A stretch of DNA of 64,000 bases, filler included, from Sphacelaria rigidula (Eukaryota), in assembly GCA_964200075.2 (NCBI GenBank). It is 7 parts of 7 records of this genome, joined end to end, with 100 filler letters (N's around TTAATTAATTAA, not from the genome) between each part and the next. Parts side by side here need not be neighbours in the genome. Positions count along the whole stretch, not along the records: positions 27,489 to 36,550 come from CAXNAA020009398.1; positions 36,651 to 45,712 come from CAXNAA020009399.1; 5 more parts are not named here. The stretch is one strand, 5' to 3'. Below are positions 27,615-40,405 of the stretch, in pieces (within the stretch, counting starts at the first letter, position 1; each line of letters opens with the position of its first letter). The translations under genes and the position numbers were made by a program. The notes under the pieces were generated by a model that was not told the DNA's origin, did no database searches, and was given only the letters and a program-made list of their open reading frames with translations.

Positions 27615-27770
27615 TACTACTTCTGCAAATACACGCCCTTTCCCCTCAGACGTGTCTAAGTACTGTGCAGGATGCAGTATGGAGTACAGCAGGTAGTTTT
27701 GATTTCGCTTTTTTGCCGGATATTTCTCTAGGGCTAATATCACGTTTCTTGTTTTTTTTTGCGGATTCAG

Positions 27771-27842
27771 GAGCGTGGGCGACGGCATGGAGACTTGTGT
27801 ATCTGATGGAGGCGTTTATGGCATCGGTGCAGGCGAGACTGG
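27771..27842 (+). CDS. Candidate internal 72-bp exon of a host gene
   Basis: T-tract plus TTCAG acceptor, GTGAGT donor, open in two frames. Confidence 0.35.
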
Positions 27843-28479
27843 GTGAGTGTTCGTGGACAGTAACATGAAGATACCACACCCTGACAATATATGTATGGTT
27901 TTAGTTGCAAAAGACTAAAAATGCACTGCGTAAAAATATAGGTGTATTGTAACTATATTGTCGGCCGACACGACTGGATCACAACATAATCATTTAATGA
28001 GCGACAATAAATCAATCAATTGGTCAATCGATCGACCAATACGAAATTAACCGCTTGATCGGTACGTTGCGTGCTTGCTTGCTTCGTTGATTTGATGGGG
28101 CGGGATGGGGCGGTCGGTTGGTCGGTCGTTACGAATCCAGCCGAGCTAATTTTACACGGAAATAATCGCCATAGGAGACTCGAAAACGGAAGAAACGTGA
28201 GAAATACGAAGGAGGGAAATATAAGGAAACGAGCAAAAAATAAATAAAATGGCAGACCCCCCGTCGCATGGCTACCAGGTATGAATAGAGATCGTGGTGC
28301 AATAAAAAAACAGCAAAAAAGCATCTTGTATTGTGCAGAAAGCACCGGGAGAGTGAACATCGTGTTCTCGACTCTAAGTTGATCGCGAATACGGGTATCG
28401 CTGCGGTTTATGGAGTCGATGTGAAGACGAAGAACTGGTGGCGGTTCGAACACATTGGCGTCCACGTTTTCGCGGCTGT

Positions 28480-28588
28480 AGAAAAATGTTAGAAAAGTAC
28501 TCGTATCGATTCATTTGGTACTAGTACCTTGCAATCATTTTTTTTTTTTTTTTTTTGGTTTTTTTTTTTTTTGTTTTTTTTGTTTTTA

Positions 28589-28619
<31 letters not shown>

Positions 28620-28780
28620 GTTTTGTTTGTCGTTCTATTCGACTTTTTTTTTTTCTGTTCATTCTTTCTTCTAGAGTGCGTTTCAGTTTCGTTCTTCTTG
28701 GGCACGTCAATCATGAGACCACGGCTGGACCCCTGGACCCCTGGGGGGTGAGTTAAAGTGCGACAATCAATCAATCAATA
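28480..28780 (+). mobile_element. Retroposon 3' end with long T-rich tract and (CAAT)n tail
   Basis: Poly-T 28537-28655, then GAGACCACGGCTGG...AAAGTGCGACAATCAATCAATC. Confidence 0.65.
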
Positions 28781-29359
28781 CGTCATATGTCACAGATGGT
28801 GTCGACAACAACCAAGAACTACCTATACCCCCGAGATGAAACGTAGGTTAGTTGTTATGATCCAACCGGCAGTCGATGAATATCTCGTCATGATGTCTGA
28901 GCAACAGATGAGCCGTGATGGTGGTTCGGATCACAAAAAATACGGGTCCAATGTGTTTTCATGCTGTGCTGCTTGTCTCTGCACTCTCATGTGTGCCTTG
29001 TGCCACCTACCTTATGAAGTAAGCATGTCAATTGTGTACTTCCTGCGATGATAAGATGGGGGGCATGTGCTGTACAAAAGGAGTAAAACGAACTGGGGTC
29101 ATGATCCAAATCACAGGTCGTCTCGTAGGGAAGCAGTGTTGCGCCTAGTTTAGTGTCATGTATTTTTACCACCCCTCTCAGAAACAATATTAACACGGTG
29201 GGGTCAGCAGACTCGATGCGGCATGAACCCAGTCATGTCGACCTCCAACTATAGACCATTGTCCATGGCTACCTCCTCCAAGAATCAACTCCAGCCCTAT
29301 CATACTTTATCGCAGTGCACAAACTGACAGACTGATACTTTTTCCAAACCGCTGGCAAA

Positions 29360-29980
29360 TTGATTGATCTGCTTGATTGTTGCACTTTTATCTGATCCCC
29401 TAGGTAGTCATGATCCAGCCGTGGTCATTATCCACATGATAGACATACCCGAGACATTAAAAAAACTGGAACACTCGCTGAAGAAAAAATAAGAAAACAG
29501 AAAAAAAAGGTAGAATAGATCAAGAGAGAAGACTACGAAAAAAAGGAAGGAAGAAATGAAAACAATTACATGAAAACAAAGAAAAAGAAAGAAACATAAA
29601 AGTGAACAGCCTCTGCCACATGGCTTCGGTGGAAAAGGTCTCGCGCAGAACCACACTTCTATCCAATCGTAAAAAACAAAAGACCGTGGGAAAATATTGC
29701 GGCTCATCTCCTACGACCGCACTATATAGGGGCATGAACCTTCTCACCCATGGGCAAACACAATGAAGCGGGGCACCACACTGCTCTGGCAGACACCGGC
29801 AGGAAAGAAGACATATATATATATATATATATATATACAGATACATAAAGGGGAAACGGAGAACAGAAAAGGAGACTACAGCAGTTGCGAAGCCAACACA
29901 ATTGTCAGGGCAGCAGCAGAAAACAGATGCCAATATTTTTCACGCGCGGTGGTCATTTTCCACTGTTGAACCAAGGACGT
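29360..29980 (-). mobile_element. Retroposon 3'-UTR copy
   Basis: Homologous to 16506-16765. Ends AAAGTGCAACAATCAAGCAGATCAATCAA on the minus strand. Contains (TA)n at ~29813-29837. Confidence 0.65.
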
Positions 29981-31249
29981 GATTGCACGAAGCTCACACC
30001 GTACTGCGGCGTGGAATATGCTGTCACTTCATGGACAAGTACGGCATGCTACCTACCAGCTATCGTTCAATGTCAAGGTTATCCTGGTAGCCTCATAAAA
30101 AAGGACGCAATATTTTTTCCTCGTGGATTAGTCTTGACTCTGCGTACGCCGCTTCTTCATTTGTGACAACGGTGTGGGTGGGACGTTGGAAGCCTGATGA
30201 GCGCTACCTACTTCCACTACTGTATGAGTTATACCATATAGCTGAGTAACTCATAGGTTTTCCGGCCTGTGAACACCTTGTAGTGGGTTTTGGACTGGAG
30301 ACAAGTCAAGCGGAATCTTTGAGCAAATTTTCTTCGGTAGGTATCGTACTTCAACCAAGCTGTCACGTGGATGAAGCATATGTAAACCCGCCGGAGCTCT
30401 TGTAATAAAACGCTGATGATCGCAAGATTACGTGCGCTGCCTGAGTGAGGTAAGAGACAGTATCGCACGAGAGCAGCACTTTCTCGTAGCACCACAAAGT
30501 TGGTCCGCGCAGGAGGGGTGGTAAACACCGAAGCAGCGATGAACTCCACCCTTCCTCGTCGCACGTTATCTGATTTTGCTCTACATTTTCGGTTATATTC
30601 CCCCCCCCTTACATATGTAGTATACTTCAATCGTTCTCACAATCGTTTGTACTCGCTGCGTGCTTGCAGTTTGCCCTGAAGATAATGAGGGTCAAGTGTT
30701 CAGTGTACCACCCCCTGGACAAAATATTATATTGTCAAAAAATGTAGCGCAGTAGTCGATACTGTACGCCGTACACGTTTTGACCATGTTTTATTTTATC
30801 ATCATCCAGGGTGTGCAGTGCACGGACCGGGAACCCGCGTGCGACATCCGTCATCATCTACGAATATACGGAGACATTTGAAAGTGTATATATGAAATAA
30901 GGAAATGGCCGGTGCAAACAGTGAGAGGAGTGGGCGGGGATGATTGATGAAACATCTGTGCCAGAAGAAGAAAGTCGACGTATGATTGGCGTAGTGTATG
31001 TTGATATTTGAACTATTCTCAATCATGTTCTTCCGTACAAATGAACACTGAAAGACTGTTCCTTACAAAATGGGTAACTGCCTCTATTTTGTTAGAGGCT
31101 TGGCATGCTCGATGTTGCGATAGCCACCACATGGCACAGCAGAACAGGAAGACAAGCACCAGCCTACGATGATAAAACTGTGAACGTTAACTACATCCCC
31201 CCCCCCACCCACACACACCTGTAATCCATATGTAAAATAATCATATGTA

Positions 31250-31446
31250 AAATAATCAGTACCCTTCAGGCCGAACAATCTTGGCACGATGTAGCTCACC
31301 CTTCATGCGACTCGCCGAACACGTCACGGCGCTTCGCGCTTGGTGATTGCGAGGCCTTGTCCGGCGAAAACCCGCCGTGCTCCGTCCCGGCTTTGTAGGG
31401 ACGCGAGGTCAATGTACATGACTACGGCATGCAAGATCATGAGTAC
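31250..31446 (+). mobile_element. Oligo(C)-tailed LINE 3' end, family B
   Basis: Ends GGCATGCAAGATCATGAGTAC followed by C-runs. Homologous to 40406, 40697, 43549, 44290 and 59576. Confidence 0.85.
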
Positions 31447-31710
31447 CCCCTCCCCCCCCTCCCCCCCGTTCCTTTACAAGAACGTTGGGTTCGTTACGGG
31501 GTACGAATTCAACCCCTAATTTTCAGTTGAGGGTAAAGTCTCTCAGGCGCAGGCTCTTGTTGAAAGTCACGTTGCAAGTTATGTATAGTGTCACTATGGA
31601 AGTACTCCTATGAAATCTCAGAGCTCATGCTTTCATTGCGCCGTACTGTGGTAATTTTTCGTGAAATTTTGCACCAAAATATTACACACATCAACTCCCC
31701 CCCCCCCCCC

Positions 31711-32070
31711 TACCGTGGCAAAGGAATAGAGAGCAGAAGTCACATAGTGGCAGAATGTTAACTATACAAGAGGGAACGGGACGTGCTAGAAGGGGAAATG
31801 CGGGACGTGAACCAAGGTAGCATGAAATCGCTTGATGCTTTAGACAGTAGGGAGAAAACGATGGCTATACTAAGAGACAGATGGTGACCACAGACAGCGA
31901 AACAGGACGGAGATAAGATATGTAAAAGGTTTTCGTGTAATGTATGGAAGAAACGTAATGAGCACCAGAATGTTGAGGATATCTCTATCAGGAGTAGGAA
32001 CGGTGCTCCGTTTCGAAAGGGATGCGTGGCCAATGGTCAAAGGACTAAGGGCAAGCAACGAATGAGTACG
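31711..32070 (+). mobile_element. Oligo(C)-tailed LINE family A, longest copy, encoding the ORF2 C-terminus
   Basis: Translates GKGIESRSHIVAEC*LYKRERDVLEGEMRDV...VWKKRNE...GCVANGQ, resembling the end of a LINE ORF2 CCHC finger (ES..H...C). C14 run on the left, C12 run on the right. Confidence 0.85.
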
Positions 32071-32117
32071 CCCCCCCCCCCCACACCCACCCACCCTATC
32101 CCTCCGCTTCAAAGCAG

Positions 32118-32556
32118 CTCTCTGAACACCCCCGGCAGCGGGGGAGGACGCGGTGGAGGCAGGTACCAAGATTTTGGAGGTGCACGATTCCACGAATTTG
32201 TCCGCAGGAGACGCGCGGGCGCCGATGGGGCGGGCGGCAGCGCACCAGCTGCTCGTAACAATAGCGAGCGAGAGATCAGCGGCGTTGGCTTCAGTGTAGG
32301 GGGAGGCGGCGCTGGCGCTGGCGCTGGCGGCGGTGGTGGGACTGTGTCCGGTCGAGATCACTCGTCCACTGGGATGATGATAGATGAGCTGGATGATGCG
32401 GAGCTGTTGGATGATGCGCGGGACGGGGGATCGCGGCAGCAGAGGGGGGTGGGTGGCGCGGCCGGAGCAGCGGGGGGCGAGGCGGAGTTTCTGAGTAGGC
32501 GGGATTCTCATAGCGCGGAGGTGAGGCACGGGGGAGAGGGAGGGGGGATTTTGTAG
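32118..32556 (+). CDS. Probable terminal exon of a host gene (Gly-rich, unknown product)
   Basis: GC-rich open frame SLNTPGSGGG...MMIDELDDAELLDDARD...GGIL*, preceded by a CAG acceptor (alternative acceptor at 32207). Confidence 0.55.
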
Positions 32557-32609
32557 TAGTACTGGAGTGAAATTACCAGACCCTGGATAATGGACAGCAG
32601 ACGCCGCAT

Positions 32610-32984
32610 CGTGTTGTGTGTTGTGTGCGTGTTGTCGTCACATCTATTCTGGACGCCGGTCTACATATTTTGGTATATGTGGGCGCACCAGCCGGGGTCA
32701 CACAGGAGGAAGGTCAACACATGATTTTTCCTTTTTTGTTTGTTTTTAGTTCTCCGCCTTCCTTCTGCGGTGCTTGCCTGTATGTATTTTTTATCGCGAG
32801 AGGAGTTCGGCGGTCCCTTTCCCTCGTCGACCGTGAAGTCGAATTTTGTGTACCCACGACATGGTCGCTCTCCATCGTTGGACATTGTGTGAGAAAAAAA
32901 TCCCAGATCGCTCCGAGATTCGAACCCACGACCCAACCGTCAGAAGGTTTCGAGGTTACCAACCGAGCCACCGTGGCGACCGGC
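32610..32984 (-). mobile_element. tRNA-derived SINE, near full length
   Basis: A box TGGCTCGGTTGG, B box GGTTCGAATC, body, and a CA-rich tail. Confidence 0.85.
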
Positions 32985-33039
32985 TTAATAATAGCAGTAT
33001 AATTTAGTGCAATAGAATCAATGTCTGCGGCAATGCTTG

Positions 33040-36000
33040 TCGATAGACAAGTTTCCCTTTCTGTTGTAGTTGGTGGTGGCTATCGATAGACCCATTTCCC
33101 ACACTACTGTCCGGGCAGCAGTCTGCTTTGACCCTGCACTAAAAGCTATTGCTGCCGACCGAATATATCGGTAGATAGCTTCCCAAAATCTATTGGTGAC
33201 GGCAATGGCTATCGTCGATAGCCTGTGTACCGAATCTATTGATGGCGGTAACAGTTATTGATGAGTTGTGTACAAAACCTGTTTGTGGCAGGAATGGCTA
33301 TCGATAGACCTATACCAGAATCTGCTGTGGCATGCGATGCCGATCGATAGATATCCTCTGTCGTGCCGCACCTACAGTGCAATATATCGTGTATGGAGCA
33401 TATACTCTATTGAAGTACAGTAGAGAGACCGCAGTTGTACATGCGGTGGATATATGATGATGCTTCCTGCGGAAGAATGATATCACGATTCTACGAATTC
33501 GAAACAGGTGGATGTTGTAGGAATCCGCGACATGCGTGGACAGAAGTTTGACGAGAGTTTGTTGTTGGTGTGGTGTTGGTACTCAGGGTTCTCCCTCTGA
33601 TGGGCAGGAGCGCTGAGAGTACTTTTTTGTGTGAGTTAAATGCGCTTATAGCCTGGACAATAGACTTGTGCAATGGAACGTTGCCGCCGCAATAGCCCCG
33701 AAAGTGTGACTGTCGACGTCCATTGTCAGCCACAATCGACTGGCATCACTGTCTAACGATAGCCCTTGCAGGCAGCTATAGATTCGGGATAACAAACAGA
33801 ATGCATCATTGCCGTGACAACAGAGTGACCAAGTCGTCTATCGTTGTATGTTATTAGTTGCAGCAGACTCTGAATTACGGTTAGCAGAGACTGTTCTTAA
33901 TCACAAAATAATCTCCACTGCGGCCACCAATGTACATTGCTGGTCACAATATGATCTGAGTGGCGTCGATCAATATCTATCGATGCACATGTTCCGATGG
34001 ATGTTTCCACCTTCCACAAGAGCTATCGGCCCAGGTAGTTGCATGTGACTATGTTAGAATTATTGCCGTTGATAATACCGTAAGACTACGACAGTGAGTC
34101 ATATATGTATATGTATAATTTCGCATTTTTCACCACTTGTGCCGAGTTTCCTCTGGCAGCAAGGCATTCCATCCCACGCTTTTTTTGTAGCACACGAAGA
34201 AGGCGTAGCGGTACATAACCGTTCAGGTTTGGGTGGCATCTGATACCTGTGGCGCGTGTTCTGGCCACCGAAAGTCTCCCAAACTGGCTCTTGTCCGCGG
34301 GGTGTCGATCCCGAACCACAAAAGCCTTTTCAAGATCGTGGAAAACTTCGAACAGGAACTCGAACCACCAAAGCCTGTTCATGGCGGGGTATTTTTTCAC
34401 CGTGAGTTTCTTTGCGTTCTCGTTGATTTTGGGAGCACGAAGACAGCGGTTTTGCAGCGAATGTCACGAGGACATGAGAGCAAAGCAGATGGAAATAGTT
34501 GAGCATTGCCTTGGCCTTAGTCAGCAGCAAACACAAGTCGAATGATCTAACACCCCTTATTATTTAGTTTTGACGTGAAGCCCCTAACACCGTCATATCT
34601 GCGTAATATGGGTCCGAGCTATGCGAACCGAACAGTCCACAAAAGCATGTTGAAGGATCACCGGAGAATGTGTAGATTGATATTGGAGGAAGGTGTCATA
34701 GTCACAGCTGCAGCAGGGAAAGTCGCCAATGGTCCGGTCTGCATTGATACGGTGGATACCCACGGTGCGTGGGATTTCATTTTTTCAACACCATGCTGTC
34801 TGATGACGGCTGTAGTGGGTACAGTGACAGTTGAGCACGCAGGCTGCGGCCGATCCTGCCGGCCTCATCATCAATCTTCACCCACTTATGGATGAACGCT
34901 CGAAGAAACCCAGCAAACAAGCATCGTTTATGGTCCGCTACATATGTGAGGGTTGGGGGCTGAACATTTCCGCCTTCAAAATTTTCAACAGTCGAAAGTT
35001 GAGCTCCTGTCGCGTGACCGGTGGGTAGTGCCACGGACCCTCGCCGGCGTACCTGGCACTGGGGGCGACTTCCCGGTGCAGACAGTCCCCATCACTACCG
35101 GGACGGCCGTGCGAACAGGCCGGCAGCCGGAATGGCCATTGCACTGGTGTTCTTCTAGCGTTATCAACTTAGAGTACGGCCGCACAGGCTTTGCACGTGA
35201 ATATTTCGGTGATTGCCTTACTTCCACTTCGGCCATGTGCTGTGGATTATTTCACGATCTCACCGCCTAATATGTGTGGAAATGTATTACACCCTGGACA
35301 AGAGCTTTCTACAGTCAGTATACAATTCAAAAGAATGTACTGTACACAGTATGAAACCTCTTGCCTATTGCAACGTGCGCAATACTCGTAGTGGGAACTG
35401 CGCGCAGTATCACTTCAAGACAGTGGAGAAATCTCTACGCGGTATGATTTGTTACAGCCGGCTTGCGCGCCATAGAGGCTGTGTTACCATACAGCTCCGC
35501 TCAAGATACAGGCAGGAGTTAGAGCAGCAGAGGTGGCCTAGTACTCCTGCGTGCGCCACCTAGGGCAAATGCACGCTTAGCTGCAACCCCGACCGCTGTA
35601 CTAGATGTGGCGGAGCGAGAGGTGGTACACCACGTACACACAAATAGTAAGCAGTATCATACAGTTATACTGTATCAAGTGTGATTTAAAAATCCGTGCG
35701 CGCGGGGTGGGGTCGGCATGTAGAGAACCCTGCTCAAGTTCGCCGTGTACTACCGGGACGCGACCCTTTTTCAGTAGCAATCACTTGCGATGTGTGTTGT
35801 GACGGGTTTCGTGCGTGATGGTGCTTTGCCCACCTCCGCACACCGCCCGTGAAGCGAGCTGTTGATGCTGGAAGTGCCCACCCCTCTTCCCGTGATGATC
35901 TCCACTCTTGTTGTGAGACAATTGAAACTGCGGCATATGACAGTAGCTACTGGAAGGTACATATCCTCCCACACAAATGCCTCCATAATATGGAAAATGA

Positions 36001-36390
36001 ATAACACTGATATATTTTCGACTTGCGTCACCTCCGGGAGGCCAGTACCAACCTCCCGAAGGGGAACCTTGTATATATATGTAATTACATTGATCGCAAA
36101 CCTATTGTTGGCAACGGCTATCGATAGACGTTTACCAAGTCTATTGATGACGGCAATGGGTATCGATAGATGGCTCGCCAAATGTATTGATTACGCTCGT
36201 GACGAGAGATATATCGCAGAATCTATTGCGGTATACACTGTCCATAAATGACCAGTAATCCTAAATCTATCGTTATTGAAATAGAGTGTTATCCCTTACA
36301 GAACATACCAATAGATGTGTTACACCATCTAGTGTGTTCGACGATACATCTCGATAGGGTTTCCTACGCGTCAAGTGTTGAAGCGATGAG
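33040..36390. repeat. Arrays of CTATCGATAG-like palindromic motifs flanking unidentified decayed sequence
   Basis: Repeated GGCTATCGATAGAC-like units at ~33040-33350, ~33770-34030 and ~36115-36360. Confidence 0.5.
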
Positions 36391-36650
36391 CTATCGTGGT
36401 CCATTGTCCAGAGCGTGGACATTGCAGAGAGCTTGCACGTGACTTCGACAGCCTGAGCCTCAGAAACTTTACCTCAACTGAAAATGAGGGGCTGCATTCT
36501 CACCCGCATTCACTTTATACCTACGTACACTCTTTCAAAGAAGGGAGGGGNNNNNNNNNNNNNNNNNNNNNNNNNNNNNNNNNNNNNNNNNNNNTTAATT
36601 AATTAANNNNNNNNNNNNNNNNNNNNNNNNNNNNNNNNNNNNNNNNNNNN

Positions 36651-36738
36651 TGCTATCTCTCCAAACCTCCGCTGAATACCGTCCACCCTACTTTTGGATT
36701 CTGGGGGCATATAGATGTTCCCGATGAAGAAGTCCTTC
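36651..36738 (-). mobile_element. LINE APE endonuclease fragment
   Basis: KDFFIGNIYMPPESKSRVDGIQRRFGEIA resembles the GxxYxPP motif of APE domains. It directly follows the C-run of an A-type 3' end. Confidence 0.6.
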
Positions 36739-36750
36739 GGGGGGGGGGGG

Positions 36751-36881
36751 TACTCATTTGTACTTGCCCTGGTCGTTCGACTACTGACCACGCATCCCTT
36801 TCGAGACAGAGCACCGTTCCTACTCCTAATAGAGACACCTGCAACATTTCGGTGTCTCTATTAGGAGTAGGAACGGTGCTC
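36751..36881 (-). mobile_element. Family A LINE 3' end ending in a 31-bp perfect fold-back
   Basis: G12 run at 36739-36750. Arms 36809-36839 and 36851-36881 are exact reverse complements. Confidence 0.85.
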
Positions 36882-38084
36882 CCACTTCCAACAGGGGCAA
36901 AAGATGGGTCGATCGTATGAGACGACGAACCAGGGCTGAGGGACGGGACGGGAAGGGGTTAATAGTATGACGAACCTTCCCCCCCCCAAAAGCCAGGGTG
37001 TACTCTCAAGAACCAGGTATTTTTGAAACACATAGGGGGAGAAGAGGTGGCGGCAAGGAACAAGTTCGATACGCTTGGAGGAGAGAGGGGGGCATGCGAA
37101 AGACGCAGCGAGGCAGGTGATTACTCAAACGTGCGGATGACGTTGCAGGTGCGCTTGTTCGGGGATCACCAACAAAAATCCGATTTGCGTGCGTGACTGG
37201 TGGTGGGAAAAATGGACAGTAAAATATACCACTCAAACGCGGTTGGTTCATTTTCTCATCAGTGTACTTACTGACCGGGCCTTCCTTCTCATACCATCTA
37301 TCTCTATGAAGCCCTGGTGACGTCTTGTCCGGTCCTCTTTTTCCGGAGCCGTTATTCTTTGTTCAGCCTGACGTGGACGTTAGTGTAGAATGTTCATATT
37401 TCCCTTCTTTCTTTCTGCGTTGCCCCTTTTGTCGAGATTCCTGTGGAGCGAGTGTCCCCCGTTTTTCATCTAGGATGCGTCTACATGTTGTGACGACGGG
37501 TGGATTCCTATCGAATCAGTCGACGTGGGGACAATTAACCGATCAAACTACAATTCTATCAATCGAATCAATCAGATCACGTAGTGTTCAGATATCAACA
37601 ACAATTTTTCGATTACTCGCGGGCAACTTGGCTGCTGTGGACGTGCAAGTAGTATTCACATCAGCAAGCGGAAAATATGTGGCATCGTAGGAAGTTGCAC
37701 ATACGCTAAGCAACGGTTCACACTGAACACTCAGAACAACAGACAACAGATTCCACACTGTACGCAGTACACTTTTTGACAATGTAATCTGTAGTCACTA
37801 TCCAGTGTGTGAACTGCTCCCCGAGCAGAAACAGCAATCAACAAACAGCAAGCAACACCAAACGAGAATCCACAGGCGACAAACGACGAGGGACACACGC
37901 AGGACCAAAAGGGAAAAACAGTGACAGCAATAGCAACAGCACCACTCACGGCATCACAGGGCAGTAACGACACGTACATTCTGAATGCACTAATACTGGA
38001 ATCCGTTGCTGTAATACATACGTGCGTCTCTTGTAACGTACAAAAGTATGCCCCCCAGCAACACTCACACGATACACACCAGAT

Positions 38085-39950
38085 TGATTGACTTCTACCA
38101 AAGTGCATACACACCAAAGTCATCAGCATGCTTGATCTAAAAAATGATTTTCTTCTTCCTTCTACTAAAATGCACACAAACCAAAATAAGCATATTTAAT
38201 CCACACAATGATCTGTTTTTTGTTCCTTCTCCTCAAGTGCGCACATACCAAAATCAGCACACTTGCTCTACGCACAATGGCATGTTTTTTTCCTTCTCCC
38301 AAAGTGCGCACATATCAAAATCAGTATACTTCATCTGCTAGAGCTCGGAAACGGTACCATTTATAATTGGCCATTATCATCATGGTGGTAATATCCCTAA
38401 CCCTAACCCGGGCCCAGCGAGTACGAGATCCTCGGGCAAGGGGGGCGCATAGGTTTTTCTAGGCAAAGTGTCCGTTGGCAGACGTCGAACCGACGCTGCA
38501 GGCGCCGGTTTCGACAAAGACACGTTCTGAACCAGCTGGGTCCACTGCTCACCTGCCCTGAACTATACACTTTCTCAGATTTGTTTTCAGTCTAAAATCA
38601 AGTAGTCTTGCCGTCGACCATGGATATACGCCCAAGGCTGTAGGCCTACAACCAGCGGGGCCAGCAAAAAAAGCAAGCGAAAACGGCCGCCATTCCGGCC
38701 AGCTCTGCTCGATCTGAGCGACTTTTACCCGTCGCTGGACAGGTAGTAACCGAAAAGCGGGCCTGTCTTTCCAGCGACAGCGTTGAGCTTCTGGTCTTCT
38801 TGCGGGCGGTGTGGCCTACACTAGACGCATGGGCTGGGCAGAAAAAAAAGCGTGCCACAGGCGGTGTTCTGTGTTCTGGCTAGTAGTTATAAGGTCAGTA
38901 CTGCGCGCTGACGTCATGGGACTTTATGGAAGTGTTATCTCCTGCTTGACTTCGTAGTCAGGATTTCTTACAAGTACATCAGAGTATTGCTTTCCTTCTT
39001 GTAGTGTGTCTTAAGTCGGGTTATCTTTTAGTCCGGCGTCGCCGCTAGTTGTTTTGTCCAATATAGCACAGCGTTTCACTGCTCTTGCCTTTGTCGTCTT
39101 CTGTTCCAGATTCATTTGTCCTATGACCACGGCTAGATGCGCAGCGAATCAGTGAATAAATGTTGGGAACTCGAGAAATCAGTCAACTGTGTGCATCTCG
39201 TACATTTACGCTTGTGTACCGTGCCACCGTCTTCCGACACCAACTGAGCCATCGCTACCTAACCGCCTTCTTGCCGAACAATTATCCCGATGTCAACTTC
39301 AGGTGGTGCAAAGCACATCCATGGTGCTCTGCCACGATGGTGCTCTGCCACGTTGCCTGTCTCAAGCTCGCGGCCAGCATTCACCATCGATGGCTCGTAC
39401 TTCAGTTCTATTTTTTTCGATCGATAATGAAAGAGACTAGGTATGACGGCTCTTTTTTTTCCCGATAAATATCCAATCGGCTACTTCTACTCATCGAAAT
39501 TCCAAGCCAGGTGTGCTATGGCCGCTATGGTTTTGCCCTTCAAAATTGGCCAAAATTTGACGTATTTTTTCGCTCTAGTGAAGCCAAATCGCGTAAAAAC
39601 GTGCCTCCGGCTCGGCGCCTCCAGCGGGGCCCTCCGGGGGCACCTCCGGCGGAACCCCCTCTGCCGGGGGGGGGGGCGGCGGCTTTTGGACTAAACCGTC
39701 ATGTACCATTTGACTGGTTAATAGTTAGACAAAACATTTCCAAGCTCTAGGATCTACACAATGATCGGTTTTTTCCTTCTACTAAAGTGCGCACATACCA
39801 AAATCACCATACTTGATCTGCAAAATGATTTGCTTTTTCCTTCTATTAAAGTGCGCACGTACCAAAAATACCATACTTGATCTGCAAAATTATTTACTTC
39901 TTTCTCAGCACCACAGTGCACATACCAAAACCAGCAGGTTTGATCCACAA
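38085..39950 (+). repeat. ~60-bp degenerate minisatellite split by an inserted element
   Basis: Unit TTTTCCTTCTACTAAAGTGCGCACATACCAAAATCACCATACTTGATCTGCAAAATGAT at 38085-38338 and 39750-39950. Confidence 0.85.
38339..39749. mobile_element. Non-autonomous hAT-like element
   Basis: TIRs TAGAGCTCGGAAA / TTTCCAAGCTCTA. Degenerate 8-bp flanks TCATCTGC / GGATCTAC. Confidence 0.6.
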
Positions 39951-40123
39951 AAAGGATTTGGTCGGTAGTACACGTACGGCCCTCAAGCTACAGAGGACAT
40001 CGTTCTAGATTACAACCAAACAAAATATAACTGTTCTGAAGCTCATTACCCAGTGGGGTACTGACAAGCGTTGGTACATGATCCATCTCTTTCTGGTCTT
40101 AGGTATCTTCCAATGGGGGGGGG

Positions 40124-40189
40124 CGTACTCATTTGTTGCTTGCCTTAGTCATTTGACCATTGACCACGCATCCCTTTCGAGACGGAGTC
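40124..40189 (-). mobile_element. Family A LINE 3' end with target-site duplication
   Basis: CCAATGGGGGGGGG is present at both 40110-40123 and 40190-40203. Confidence 0.9.
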
Positions 40190-40405
40190 CCAATGGGGGG
40201 GGGGATGGGGGGGAGGTTTATCTACAAAAGGACGTTTTTAGTAGTAAACGTTTGGCCCTTTAACTACAGTACACACCGTTCTTGATTGCAGCCGAAACAA
40301 ATGTACTTGTTCGTAAGCCCTTTACCAAGTAGGGTACCGAAAAGCGTTGATACATGGCCTAATTTTTCTGTTCTTCGGAATCGTCCAGTGGGGAGGAGGG
40401 GGGGG

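Noticed and set aside
28489-28774. Poly-Lys/poly-Phe ORFs
   Set aside because: Translation of a T-rich retroposon tract.
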